DNA of 64,000 bases, from positions 80,484 to 144,483 of the forward strand of contig CANFEB010000001.1 of the NCBI GenBank assembly GCA_947445775.1, read 5' to 3'. A model generated the notes under the pieces. It worked only from the letters and a program-made list of their open reading frames with translations. It was not told where the DNA came from and made no database searches. The first letter of the stretch is position 1. Every line of letters starts with the position of its first letter. The position numbers and the translations under genes were made by a program. Shown here one piece after another: positions 39,630 through 49,115 of this stretch. This stretch comes from Oligoflexales bacterium. GTDB taxonomy: Bacteria; Bdellovibrionota_B; Oligoflexia; Oligoflexales; RGVZ01.

Positions 39630-40160
39630 ATGAAAACGCCTCAAATCATGATGATCGTCGCCCTTATACTTGCCCCGGTTGGGGGAATGCTCCTGCATAC
39701 CTGGATGTCTAACCCCACGCCTCAGCCGAAACCTGCCGACTTGTCCAACGGGGCGGCTCCAGAGACTGCCGGCGAAGGTGCCTCTGGCGCCGTCAAAACC
39801 ATTGAATGGCCCGATCTCGCGCAGTATGACCTAAAAACAGGTAAACCATCGGAACTATTGAAGAATCTAGACGGCCGCCTAATCCGCCTGCCGGGCTTCA
39901 TGGTGCCCTTGGAAGACAACATGAAACTGGTCAAAGAGTTTCTGTTGGTGCCCGATCCCCAGGCCTGCATCCATTATCCGCCGCCGCCCCCCAATCAGCA
40001 GGTTTTGGTTCAGATGGTGGGCGAAGAATCTGCGTCGGTTGATTGGAAGCCAGTTTGGGTCGAGGGCCACCTGCGAATCACTGCGGGAACAACCAAATAT
40101 GGAACGGCGATATTTCAAGTCAAAGCCCGCCACACGGAAACTTACAAGGCCGGGTTTTAA
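39630..40160 (+). CDS. DUF3299-like exported protein
   Basis: FLLVPDPQACIHYPPPPPNQ motif; N-terminal TM or signal segment. Confidence 0.6.
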   Translation: MKTPQIMMIVALILAPVGGMLLHTWMSNPTPQPKPADLSNGAAPETAGEGASGAVKTIEWPDLAQYDLKTGKPSELLKNLDGRLIRLPGFMVPLEDNMKLVKEFLLVPDPQACIHYPPPPPNQQVLVQMVGEESASVDWKPVWVEGHLRITAGTTKYGTAIFQVKARHTETYKAGF

Positions 40161-41203
40161 TGAATCAATCTGGCGGACTCAGCATTCATTCCGGGCGATG
40201 GGCGGTAAAGCTTGCGTCGCGCCTGCGTTTTTTATTTCATCCCATTTCGCTCTTTGTTGGCCTGCAAATCCTTTCTGTGACCACGATTGTCTTGTGGGTC
40301 GTCTGGTTCACAAAGCAGGAAGATCGCATCAAACAACTGGTCGGCTCCCGCCAATGGGCCAGCATTGAGGGCGGAACCACCGTCGTGATCCTCGTGATTG
40401 GGTGCATCCTCCTGGGTGGCATTTTGGTTTTGACGGTGGTCTGGTTCCTGAATGGCCTACGCCAGAGTGCGATCATCAAACAACAAAGAAACTTCCTGTC
40501 GAGTGTCACCCACGAAGTGCGCTCGCCCCTGGCCAGCATCCAACTGGCGCTGGAAACCCTGGGCAGCCGGGTTTTGGAGCCGCAAATCCGGGACCGTTTG
40601 CTGGCCGGAGCCCATCAAGACATTGCCCGCATGACGCGCCTTGTGGACCAGATTCTGATTGCAGCACGCTTGGACAGAGGGATCACCTTATTTGCAGAAG
40701 GCCCTGAAACCATTGATTTAAGTGAATGGCTCCCGGCCCTCGTTACCGACATCACGAGTCATGCTTTAAAACTGGGAAACATCGAAACACCGGGCCAGTC
40801 GCAGGTCCTGGTGGATGTGACCCCTGGAGCGCTGCTCTGGGTGCCAAGTGAGACCCTGCGCATCGTCGTTGAAAATCTGATTCAAAATGCCCTTAAATAT
40901 TCGCCGGCCAATGCCGTGGTGCTGGTCCGGGCGGCACATCAACACAACGGCAGCAAAATTCTCATTTCGGTGATTGATCAGGGAATGGGCTTGGACCCAA
41001 AAGAAATCAAACAGGTCTTTCGGATCTTTCGCCGCGGCAAGCGGGCCGTCAAAAAAGCCATTCCCGGCACTGGGCTTGGGCTTTATATTGTTGATTCAAT
41101 GACTCGGATTATGGGCGGACGTGTCCGGGCTGAATCCCCCGGCATCAATCAAGGTTCGACCTTCACCATTGAGTTGCCGTCAGCAGCGGGGCGCAAAACA
41201 TGA
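40160..41203 (+). CDS. sensor histidine kinase
   Basis: ATG at 40160 (TAATG overlap). Two TMs, H-box SSVTHEVRSPLASI, G-box GTGLGLYIV. Confidence 0.85.
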   Translation: MNQSGGLSIHSGRWAVKLASRLRFLFHPISLFVGLQILSVTTIVLWVVWFTKQEDRIKQLVGSRQWASIEGGTTVVILVIGCILLGGILVLTVVWFLNGLRQSAIIKQQRNFLSSVTHEVRSPLASIQLALETLGSRVLEPQIRDRLLAGAHQDIARMTRLVDQILIAARLDRGITLFAEGPETIDLSEWLPALVTDITSHALKLGNIETPGQSQVLVDVTPGALLWVPSETLRIVVENLIQNALKYSPANAVVLVRAAHQHNGSKILISVIDQGMGLDPKEIKQVFRIFRRGKRAVKKAIPGTGLGLYIVDSMTRIMGGRVRAESPGINQGSTFTIELPSAAGRKT

Positions 41204-41985
41204 CCACCAACACGACAACCAACCGGCGAAGCGGCACCGTTTTGCTCGTTGAAGACGAACCCAATTTGGCGTTCACCCTGGAACTCAACCTGAAGGCCGA
41301 AGGTTTTAAAGTCACAGTCTGTATGGACGGTGAGGCTGCCGAAAATTTGATCCGCACATCGATCGAACCATTTGACTTGTACTTGTTGGATGTCAACTTG
41401 CCGGGGCGCAGCGGTTTTGAAATCGCGGCTGCGATCCGGGAAAAAAATCAGCACGCAGGGATTATCTTTTTGACGGCGCGAGCCAGCGAATCCGATTCGG
41501 TTCACGGCCTGTCACTAGGCGCTGACGATTACATCACCAAACCCTTTCGCCTAGCCGAGCTACTCCTCAAGGTCAAACGAACCCTGGCCCGATGCGCCAT
41601 GTTTGATTCAGGAGAGTCTTTAGCTGCTGGCCCGTTGGCGTGGGGACCGTTTCAACTGGATCCAGAAAAACTAAAAATCAGTTCGCCATCTGGAGTTGCG
41701 GATTTGACGCGACTTGAGGCCGACATGCTCAGGGAATTTTTTGTAAATCCCGACAAGGTTTTAAGCCGTCAACACCTTCTCGCAAAAGTCTGGGGTGTCA
41801 GTCAGGATGTTGAAACCCGCACGGTCGACAATTTCGTGGTCCGTTTGCGCCGCCTCATTGAAAGCGACCCGACAAATCCTCGTTATTTGAAAAGCGTTCG
41901 GGGTCGCGGCTATGTCCTTTCCGACGAGGACGCTGCCAAGGACGCTGCCAAGGACTCTGGCAAGGACGCTGGCTATGCACCTTGA
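41200..41985 (+). CDS. OmpR/PhoB-family response regulator
   Basis: VLLVEDEP, LYLLDVNLPG, and a winged-helix C-terminus (RTVDNFVVRLRRL...RGRGYVL). Confidence 0.9.
   Translation: MTTNTTTNRRSGTVLLVEDEPNLAFTLELNLKAEGFKVTVCMDGEAAENLIRTSIEPFDLYLLDVNLPGRSGFEIAAAIREKNQHAGIIFLTARASESDSVHGLSLGADDYITKPFRLAELLLKVKRTLARCAMFDSGESLAAGPLAWGPFQLDPEKLKISSPSGVADLTRLEADMLREFFVNPDKVLSRQHLLAKVWGVSQDVETRTVDNFVVRLRRLIESDPTNPRYLKSVRGRGYVLSDEDAAKDAAKDSGKDAGYAP
41929..41973. repeat. 12-bp tandem repeat GACGCTGCCAAG x ~3.7
   Basis: Encodes the DAAK-DAAK-DSGK-DAG tail of the regulator. Confidence 0.85.
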
Positions 41986-42889
41986 ATTTGAAAAATGGCA
42001 CGGCTGCAACAACGACTTCGTGGTGGCGTGGATCCAACGCACTGACAAAGATCTTATCATTCCAAGTTTGCAGCGCCAGGCGGCGCGAATTTGCAGCCGC
42101 ACAGGATCTGGCATCGCCGCCGACGGCCTGTTGATTTTGGTGACGCGAGACCGTCGGGAACTTTACCCGGAGGAACTCATCGTCATCAACTCGGATGGCA
42201 GCCTGGCAAAAAACTGCGGCAACGGATTGCGCTGCGCCGCCCGCAGCGTGCTTCGCAAATTACAAGCAGCGGGCACAGCACCAGGTGACATGCCTCCGGC
42301 TTTTGAACTTCAGATTCAAGGTCGAGTATTTTGGTGCAAGGTCTTTGACCAAAAAGTTTTTGGCGCCAAGGGTTTTATCGGGGTCGGCATGGGCGAGGCC
42401 GAGGTCGAAGCCATCGGAGCAGGCCACCGCCTGCGGGCTGCCCTTGAACTGGCCCTTATGTCACCCCGCGCCGATCAACTTGCATTTTACCGAGTCGTCA
42501 TTGGAAATCCGCACTTGGTTTTGCTTGGCATGCCGCCTGATGCAATGCGACTCGCGGCCTTTGCTGAGGCGATTCAAAATCTTGACGGTTGGGATGGCAT
42601 CAACGTCCACTTTGCGGAAGAATCTGCCACGGTCAAAAACGTGAGCGTCCAAGTGGACCAATCGTGGACGGTCCTTCCGTGGGAGCGCGGCGTTGGTCTG
42701 ACCCAGGCGTGTGGCAGCGGGGCCGTGGCTGTCGCAGCCGCCGTTGCAGCCCAAGACGCCATGGGCGAAAGCGAGGGCTGGACCATGATTCGCATGCCCG
42801 GGGGCGATCTTTTTATTCAAATCGCCGAAGAAAATCATACACTGGCTGGACCGGCGGAGCTTGCCTTCACTGGGGCGTTGGAAATCTGA
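41975..42889 (+). CDS. dapF: diaminopimelate epimerase
   Basis: ATG 41975 gives MHLEFEKWHGCNNDFVV. Also NSDGSLAKNCGNGLRCAA and ACGSGAVAVAAA. Confidence 0.8.
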   Translation: MHLEFEKWHGCNNDFVVAWIQRTDKDLIIPSLQRQAARICSRTGSGIAADGLLILVTRDRRELYPEELIVINSDGSLAKNCGNGLRCAARSVLRKLQAAGTAPGDMPPAFELQIQGRVFWCKVFDQKVFGAKGFIGVGMGEAEVEAIGAGHRLRAALELALMSPRADQLAFYRVVIGNPHLVLLGMPPDAMRLAAFAEAIQNLDGWDGINVHFAEESATVKNVSVQVDQSWTVLPWERGVGLTQACGSGAVAVAAAVAAQDAMGESEGWTMIRMPGGDLFIQIAEENHTLAGPAELAFTGALEI

Positions 42890-42899
42890 ACCAGAAATC
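42851..42899. repeat. direct repeat copy 1 (dapF 3' end, includes the stop codon)
   Basis: CCGGCGGAGCTTGCCTTCACTGGGGCGTTGGAAATCTGAACC... recurs at 43351 with 1 mismatch in the first 42 nt. Confidence 0.9.
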
Positions 42900-42920
42900 C
42901 GAAATCCGAAATCCGAAATC
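42894..42920. repeat. 7-bp tandem repeat GAAATCC x ~4
   Basis: Read directly; intergenic. Confidence 0.9.
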
Positions 42921-43045
42921 GTGCATCGGTTACACAGATGCGATGTCGTTAGTAACGATCCTTTGACTAAGGTAGACTTGATAGTAAAGACTTCGTTACT
43001 AGATGAAAACGTTAGTAACGTTCCCGTTACATCACGAGGGCTGAG

Positions 43046-43348
43046 TTGAGCAAGCCGAAGGGATTACCCGGCTCGGTTCGTTCCTCGCAAAACTGGATCG
43101 GTAGAAGTCGACCGGGCTTGGCACAATTTGTCCCTCTACCTCTGCTGGTACGAATCGGCAGATGAGGCCGTCAATATGATCAGCGTACTATTCAAGTTAG
43201 TATCGCGAGACCGGACGACAGCAAGTGTTATGCAGCTGCTCGATATTACGAAGTCGAACATATGTTTACCGGTGAATATGCTCTGCCATATTGGCTCTTG
43301 AACTTGCTAAACGCTCAAGATGTGCCGTATAACGAGCAGCGGGGCCGT
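43046..43348 (+). pseudogene. Fic/DOC-family gene remnant (5'- and 3'-truncated, in-frame stop, catalytic motif degenerate)
   Basis: One frame reads KGLPGSVRSSQNWIGRSRPGLAQFVPLP...R*...AAARYYEVEHMFTGEYALPYWLLNLL. Compare Fic PGxFRxxQNWIG...FVPPP...HxxFExIHPFxDGNGRxxR, which has similar spacing. Confidence 0.4.
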
Positions 43349-43350
43349 GG

Positions 43351-43399
43351 CCGGCGGAGCTTGCCTTCACTGGGGCGTTGAAAATCTGAACCGGAAATC
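43351..43399. repeat. direct repeat copy 2 of the dapF 3' end
   Basis: Exactly 500 nt downstream of copy 1; about 48/50 identical. Confidence 0.9.
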
Positions 43400-43413
43400 T
43401 GAACCGGAAATCT
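43382..43413. repeat. 13-bp tandem repeat AAATCTGAACCGG x ~2.5
   Basis: Read directly; intergenic. Confidence 0.85.
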
Positions 43414-43427
43414 AAAAAGGCCACGGG

Positions 43428-44222
43428 ATGAAATCTAAAGCCAGCGCCCAATCTCAATCCAACAACGTGCCTGCTGTTATACCTGCCATTGAAAAAACGG
43501 GCGAGGTCGCTAAACGGGTTGCGCTGCTGATGCCGCTAGTCCGAACCCTTCAGGCTTATCATCGCCACCAGGTGGTGGGTCTGCGCAACCTGCCAAAGTC
43601 CGGTCCGTTCTTGATCGTCACCAATCACAGTCTGGCCACCTATGACATCATGCTGCTGTTTGCCGCCATTTATCAAAACTCCCGCCGCCTGGTGCGTCCC
43701 CTGGTCGACCGCGCATTCTGGAAAGTCCCGTATCTTGGGGATTTGATGAATTTCTTTGGTTCGGTGCAGGGCAGCAACGATGGCGGCAAGGAACTTCTGG
43801 CCGATGGCAACATTGTCGCCGTTGCCCCTGGGGGAATGCAGGAGGCCTTGCGGCCCTCAGAAGAACGCTATCAAGTGCGTTGGAGCAAACGTCGGGGATT
43901 CGCGCGCATGGCCATGGAGGCTCAAGTTCCCATCATCCTTGCCGCTTGCCCGCGGGCTGACGACATGTTTGAGGTCTATCCGAATTTTCTGACCAAAATG
44001 ATTTACGACCGCCTGCGCTTGCCGCTGCCGTTGATGCGCGGAATTGGCCCGACGATCATTCCGCGTCCTGTCAAGTTGGTGCATTACTTGAGCGAGGCCA
44101 TGCGCCCGCCCAAGATTGACGCCGATCCTGAGGTTAACCAAAAACGCCTCGAAGCCTGGCACCAGAAATTGACCAAGCGCATGCAGCAACTCATCGGAGA
44201 AGCCATTGCCCATGAAAACTGA
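43428..44222 (+). CDS. lysophospholipid/glycerolipid acyltransferase family protein
   Basis: LIVTNHSLATYD (H-x-D acyltransferase block) and VAPGGMQEA. Confidence 0.55.
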   Translation: MKSKASAQSQSNNVPAVIPAIEKTGEVAKRVALLMPLVRTLQAYHRHQVVGLRNLPKSGPFLIVTNHSLATYDIMLLFAAIYQNSRRLVRPLVDRAFWKVPYLGDLMNFFGSVQGSNDGGKELLADGNIVAVAPGGMQEALRPSEERYQVRWSKRRGFARMAMEAQVPIILAACPRADDMFEVYPNFLTKMIYDRLRLPLPLMRGIGPTIIPRPVKLVHYLSEAMRPPKIDADPEVNQKRLEAWHQKLTKRMQQLIGEAIAHEN

Positions 44223-45195
44223 AGCTGTATTGATCTCTGGTGGCTGCGGCTACATTGGCAGCCACGTTGCGCGTCAGTTGTCTGACGCAGGTTACCGGCC
44301 AGTGGTTATTGATACTCTGGTAACAGGATTTCGCGAACTTCTGGTTTGCGACGAGGCCTTCGTCCACGGAAATTGCGCCGACAAAAACCTTGTCACTAAA
44401 ACAATCAATGAGCACAAAATCACGACTGTGATGCACTTTGCGGCATCGGCCGTTGTGCCTGAGTCGGTCGCACATCCCATGGCGTACTACAGCAACAACG
44501 TTGCCAACAGCCTGGCCTTGATTGAGGCAAGTGTTGCTGCTGGGGTGAAGAACTTTATTTTTTCCTCCACTGGATCTGTTTATGGAGAAAATGCCCCGGT
44601 TCCAGCCGGCGAGGACGACCGGGCGGAGCCAACAAATCCGTATTCGCGTTCAAAGCTGATCACCGAGTGGATGCTTAAAGACATTGCCGCCGCCACTGGT
44701 TTGAACCACGCAATCTTGCGCTATTTCAACGTTGCCGGAGCCGATCCGGGCGGGCGCCAGGGGCAAAAATCAAAAACTGCAACCCACCTGATAAAAATCG
44801 CCGCAGAAGTTGCCTGCGGCAAACGCGAATCCTTGAATGTGTATGGCAGCGACTATGACACTCCCGACGGGACGGGCGTGCGGGATTACATCCACGTCGA
44901 GGACTTGGCTTCGGCTCACCTTGCGGCGATGAATTTTCTGGTTAAAGGCGGCGCCTCTGGGACCTTCAACTGCGGCTACGGCCACGGTTTTTCCGTCCTC
45001 GAAGTCATCCGTGCCGTTGAGGCCGTCACTGGAAAACCTCTGCCGGTCAAAATGGCTCCGCGCCGCCCCGGCGACATTTCATCATCGGTTGCCGACAATC
45101 GCAAAATCAAGGACCAGCTGGCATGGCGTCCCAAATTCGATAACCTCGAAACCATTGTCCGCCACGCTATGGCTTGGGAAAAATCCCTCGATTGA
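44212..45195 (+). CDS. galE: UDP-glucose 4-epimerase
   Basis: ATG 44212. ISGGCGYIGSH Rossmann fold and PYSRSK (YxxxK). Confidence 0.85.
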   Translation: MKTEAVLISGGCGYIGSHVARQLSDAGYRPVVIDTLVTGFRELLVCDEAFVHGNCADKNLVTKTINEHKITTVMHFAASAVVPESVAHPMAYYSNNVANSLALIEASVAAGVKNFIFSSTGSVYGENAPVPAGEDDRAEPTNPYSRSKLITEWMLKDIAAATGLNHAILRYFNVAGADPGGRQGQKSKTATHLIKIAAEVACGKRESLNVYGSDYDTPDGTGVRDYIHVEDLASAHLAAMNFLVKGGASGTFNCGYGHGFSVLEVIRAVEAVTGKPLPVKMAPRRPGDISSSVADNRKIKDQLAWRPKFDNLETIVRHAMAWEKSLD

Positions 45196-45334
45196 TTTTT
45201 GCTTCGGTCAAATCGGCCCACAACTCGCGCATTGCTTGACACATTCCAAGGGGGCGACGCCGTGCCAAATGAGTCAGTCGTTACTTCTTTGACAGGGTTT
45301 GAGCAGGTAGGCAAAGAGTGGTTTGACGAGATGG

Positions 45335-45356
45335 GCAACCGTTACATAACGGTTGC
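45335..45356. other. 9-bp perfect hairpin GCAACCGTT-ACAT-AACGGTTGC
   Basis: Read directly. An A-run follows on the plus strand, so this is not a canonical terminator for galE. Confidence 0.3.
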
Positions 45357-45437
45357 ACCAAAAAAATAACTAGCCACCATCGTAAACATTTTTATTTCCT
45401 GGGCGTTTCGCGTGACTCATGCAGGGGCGCCAGCGCC

Positions 45438-46494
45438 CTAAAACCCACAGTCCTTCAACATATCTTGCCAAGGCATGATTTCGATACCATCGCGGTGTAA
45501 ACGCTCGGTCCCCTGATAGGCGACGATGGCGCGATGGGGTTTTCCATAATAGCGCGCGAAACTTGCGAGCCCCGTCAGATCCGAGTCGCCAATATTTCTT
45601 GTGGCTTTGATCTCTAGGGCGATGGTCTCGGTGGGGCGCTCAATAATTAAATCAACTTCAGCGCCATGCTCGGTTCTATAACTGGAAAGCCTCACGCCAA
45701 TTTCATCGCGCGCAGAGATGCTGTGCAAAATCTGGGTAACGACAAGAGTCTCAAAAAGCGTTCCCTTGCGGTCATCACTCACAATGAAGTTACCCAACAA
45801 ACCATTGAGTACTCCGGTATCAAAAAAGAAATATCTGGGATGCTGAACCAAACGCGTGCGCGTGGATTTTGCGAACGCTTCCAATCGATGAACAATCAAC
45901 GTGTCCTCGAGGATCTCAAAAAACCGACGTGCAGTCTGGTGGTTCACCTGAGCCTGTATCGCAAGTTTTTGAATATCTAAAAATTGGCTGGACGTTACCG
46001 CGGCGAATTTTAGAAATCGCGCAAATCCCTCAATATTTCTTGTAAGCGCCTCTGCCTGAATCTCCTCTTTCAGATAAGTCGCCGCATAGGAAGAAAGCGT
46101 TTTAATTTTATCCCTCTCGCTATCCTCGGTATATATCCCCGGCAGCGAACCAAACGCCATCAACGCATTTTCATTCGCCTGGTAATTGAGTTCAGCGGCT
46201 ACGAGTGGCCCCATTGCGAAGGCATGAATGCGCCCGGGCAACAAATTGGCTTGTCCCCGCCGCAGCTTTCGCGCGCTGGACCTCGTCAATAAACACGATT
46301 TGATCGCGGTTTTTGGGATTACTCCGTTGCTCTAATCGCCTCGGATCCGCCGCATAGTCAAGATACTCTCCCTCGTGGGCAAGATTGATCTTCAGTGCAT
46401 TTGGAAAGATTTGACCCAAAAGAGTGGACTTGCCAGTCTGCCTGGGACCAAAAATTAATGGGCTTTTTTTTGGGCGCTTTACACGTCGTGTTGA
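45438..46494 (-). pseudogene. AAA_14/DUF4143-type ATPase, decayed (5' stop, internal out-of-frame deletion)
   Basis: Walker A LIFGPRQTGKSTLL (46423-46449) lies downstream of an in-frame TAA (46495-46497). FIDEVQR is joined directly to ARKLRRGQANLL at about 46272, with roughly 25 codons missing and a frame change. C-terminus AEVDLIIERPTETIALEIKAT. Confidence 0.75.
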
Positions 46495-46596
46495 TTATCC
46501 CGCGTATTTTCAACGCATAGCAACAATATTGATCCGAGTCAGTCCCTTCAATTCGTCCAGGCTACGAGGTCAACCAAACTTCAGCGGCAAAGAAAA

Positions 46597-47478
46597 TCAA
46601 TCAACGGACTTCACAATCGAGTTTTCAACGTCACGTTCTGTCGACTGTGCCGCCGCCAAGTTTGTGACAAACTCCGTCAACAGACTCATTTGTCGTTCCG
46701 TTACATGCTCAAAACTCATGCCGGCACTTGCACCGGTAATGGACAAACGACGCACCCGTGCAGATAGTCGGAAAATTTCACCCTCTGCAGGCGATAGCAC
46801 ATCGGAAATGGGGATCTGAAGGCGAACCTGGGATTGCAAATCAAAACTCAACGTTGAATCACTAGTTGCAATCATGCCCCCATGCAAACTGATGTCGACC
46901 AAGGTGCCCTTGCGCCAGGCATCACTGCCCAACATCTGAAACGAAATGGGAAGCGCGACCTTGAAGCGGCGACTACGCCGCCGATTTTTATACTCAAGCG
47001 CTTGTTTCACTCGGGCAATGAGATTGATCGGAGTCATTCCCTTCAAATCGACGTAATCGTCATTCTCCTGATGGGCGAGAAGGATTTGGCGGTAGGCAGT
47101 TGTCATTTCCTTAGGTTCGCGGGTCAGAAATAAAACCGGCAGGCCTATTGTTGCCTTTTTTTCTTTCATAAACCGAACTAGCTTTAACAACCGGTCTCTG
47201 GGTGCAAACGAATCATCGAGGATCATAAGCTGGATGTGGCGCGATACTTGTCGGGCTAATTCCTCGGGGGTTTCTGGTCGCACGACGACGAAGGCCTTGC
47301 CCAGTTCTTTAAAATATTTCCCAAGAGCGGACTCAAGTTCACCGGAGAAATTTGCGCCCAATGCCAACACAATAAAGGTCTTTTGTTTTTTCTTCGGGGC
47401 CGCGAGGTAATCCGCAACTAGACCGGCACCAGCCCCGCTCTTTTTTTCCTCTCCTGTTGATTCGACATCGTCCGTCAT
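46597..47478 (-). CDS. receiver-like domain plus PilZ domain protein
   Basis: Start M43 (TGATG overlap with the upstream stop). REC-like LMILDDSF. PilZ RRSRRFKV...LVDISLHGGMI. Confidence 0.65.
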   Translation of the reverse strand: MTDDVESTGEEKKSGAGAGLVADYLAAPKKKQKTFIVLALGANFSGELESALGKYFKELGKAFVVVRPETPEELARQVSRHIQLMILDDSFAPRDRLLKLVRFMKEKKATIGLPVLFLTREPKEMTTAYRQILLAHQENDDYVDLKGMTPINLIARVKQALEYKNRRRSRRFKVALPISFQMLGSDAWRKGTLVDISLHGGMIATSDSTLSFDLQSQVRLQIPISDVLSPAEGEIFRLSARVRRLSITGASAGMSFEHVTERQMSLLTEFVTNLAAAQSTERDVENSIVKSVD

Positions 47479-49106
47479 CAAAGGGCTCCCGAGCCAACGC
47501 GTTTTTGAATGCTCCATCCAGCGACATGCTTGAAAAATGAGTAGGGCTCGATCCGGACCCCACTCAGGTTTTCTTGAAACGCTGCGTGATGGGTCAACGT
47601 CCAAAGGAAAATGTAGGGCGTCTCATCAGCGATCACTGCATGTAGCTTGCGATAAATAGCTCTTTTTTTCTCGAAATCGTTGGTTGCGTCGGCTTCGGTT
47701 AACAGGGCGTCAACACCTTTGTTTTTTAATTGAACAAAATTGTTGCCCCAAGGCCCAGCACTGCTCGAATGAAAGAGGCTCATGATGTTGCTGGCGTCGT
47801 CAAAACTCCATGATGCCAGGGTCATGTCATAATCATGTTCGAACAGGACCTTCTTTTTCCAGGCGACCCAGTCCAGAAATTGCAAATCCAACTTAATACC
47901 AGCCTTGGCAAAGTAAGATTGCAAACCCAAAACAATCTTCTTCAGAGTCTCGCCTTCTCCGGACACCGGCACCACCATCGTCAACTGAAAGGGCACGCCC
48001 TTGGCGTCCTCTAAAATCCCGTCGCCATTTTTGTCGGTAAGTCCTGCCGCTTCGAATAATTGTTTGGCACGCGCCAGATCATATGTGACGGATGGAACAT
48101 CCAGGTTGTACGCCCACGATGTCGGGGGAAATGGTCCGGAAATCAACCGACCCCGCCCCTGAAAAAAAGCCTCCAGCATTTCTTTGCGATTGACCGCAAG
48201 TGATAGAGCCTGACGGACCCTGCGGTCAGCTAGGGCCGGCCGGGAATTGTTCAGGGCCACAAAGCTATAAGACAGTGCGTCGTAGGGGAGCAGCAGCAGG
48301 CGCTTGTCGGCCATGATTTCACCAAGGTCTCTGGGGCTGACATAGGTGACAAGATCCAAGGCACTGAACATCAACGACTGCGCCATGACACTTTGATCGG
48401 CGTAGCTCTTCATTACGATGGTTTCGATTTTGGGAGTGCCACCGAAATAGCCGGGGTTGACCCGCAAGAGAACCTCGCCCTGCTTGTTGGACTTGATGAA
48501 TTGATAGGGACCTGTGCCAATTGGATGCTGCGCAAAGGCGCTGTCTCTGAATAACGTGCCTGCCTTGACAGCTGCTAGGGAGGATGCCGGCAGGATTTTA
48601 AACATCAGCATTCGAAGCGGGTCGACGACCGCCCTGCGCAAAGAAATTTTGACTGTGAACGGATCGATCTCCTCGGCCGAGGCAATGCCAGAAAACCGCT
48701 CGAAATTTGGTATTCCAGAACGGGCCTGGGTCAGAAATTTGACTGTGGCAACGACATCACTAGCTTGGAATGCCGGCCCAACATCTTTTGCAGAGGCTTT
48801 GACCGACGTTGCCGTTGGATGCCAGGTAACGTTGTTGCGCAAATGGAAAATAACTTCCGAGCCAGTTTTAGAAACCTCCCAGCTGATTGCCAGGCCGGCC
48901 ACATAGTCACCGCTGCGGCCGATATCCACCAGCCCATCAAAAATCAAATCCGACATTCGTTGAGCCGTAGCCTCGTGGGCCGTATAGGGGTCATAAGTCT
49001 CAAGACGCCCGGTCTCGCCGTAAACCATGCGATTTTCGGCTGCAAGTAATTGCCCGGAGAAAGCAAACGCGGTTATTGCAATGCTAAGACCAAAAATTAT
49101 GGACAT
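47478..49106 (-). CDS. family-5 (Opp/Dpp-type) solute-binding protein, orphan
   Basis: Signal peptide, then LETYDPY...MSDLIFDGLV...VTWHP. No permease or ATPase genes adjacent. Confidence 0.7.
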   Translation of the reverse strand: MSIIFGLSIAITAFAFSGQLLAAENRMVYGETGRLETYDPYTAHEATAQRMSDLIFDGLVDIGRSGDYVAGLAISWEVSKTGSEVIFHLRNNVTWHPTATSVKASAKDVGPAFQASDVVATVKFLTQARSGIPNFERFSGIASAEEIDPFTVKISLRRAVVDPLRMLMFKILPASSLAAVKAGTLFRDSAFAQHPIGTGPYQFIKSNKQGEVLLRVNPGYFGGTPKIETIVMKSYADQSVMAQSLMFSALDLVTYVSPRDLGEIMADKRLLLLPYDALSYSFVALNNSRPALADRRVRQALSLAVNRKEMLEAFFQGRGRLISGPFPPTSWAYNLDVPSVTYDLARAKQLFEAAGLTDKNGDGILEDAKGVPFQLTMVVPVSGEGETLKKIVLGLQSYFAKAGIKLDLQFLDWVAWKKKVLFEHDYDMTLASWSFDDASNIMSLFHSSSAGPWGNNFVQLKNKGVDALLTEADATNDFEKKRAIYRKLHAVIADETPYIFLWTLTHHAAFQENLSGVRIEPYSFFKHVAGWSIQKRVGSGAL

Positions 49107-49115
49107 GCTCGCTCC

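Noticed and set aside
40043-40159. The upstream extension of the histidine kinase ORF in the track (start 40043)
   Set aside because: The extension overlaps the DUF3299 gene in another frame. The ATG at 40160 (TAATG coupling) gives a normal TM-first kinase N-terminus.
41912-41974. The N-terminal RTLP-RTLP-RTLA extension of the dapF ORF
   Set aside because: It is the alternate-frame reading of the 12-bp repeat that encodes the response-regulator tail. The ATG at 41975 gives the conserved DapF N-terminus.
42851-43351. The exact 500-nt offset between the two dapF-end repeats as a meaningful periodicity
   Set aside because: This is a single pair. The round number is most likely coincidence, and nothing else in the window shows 500-nt spacing.
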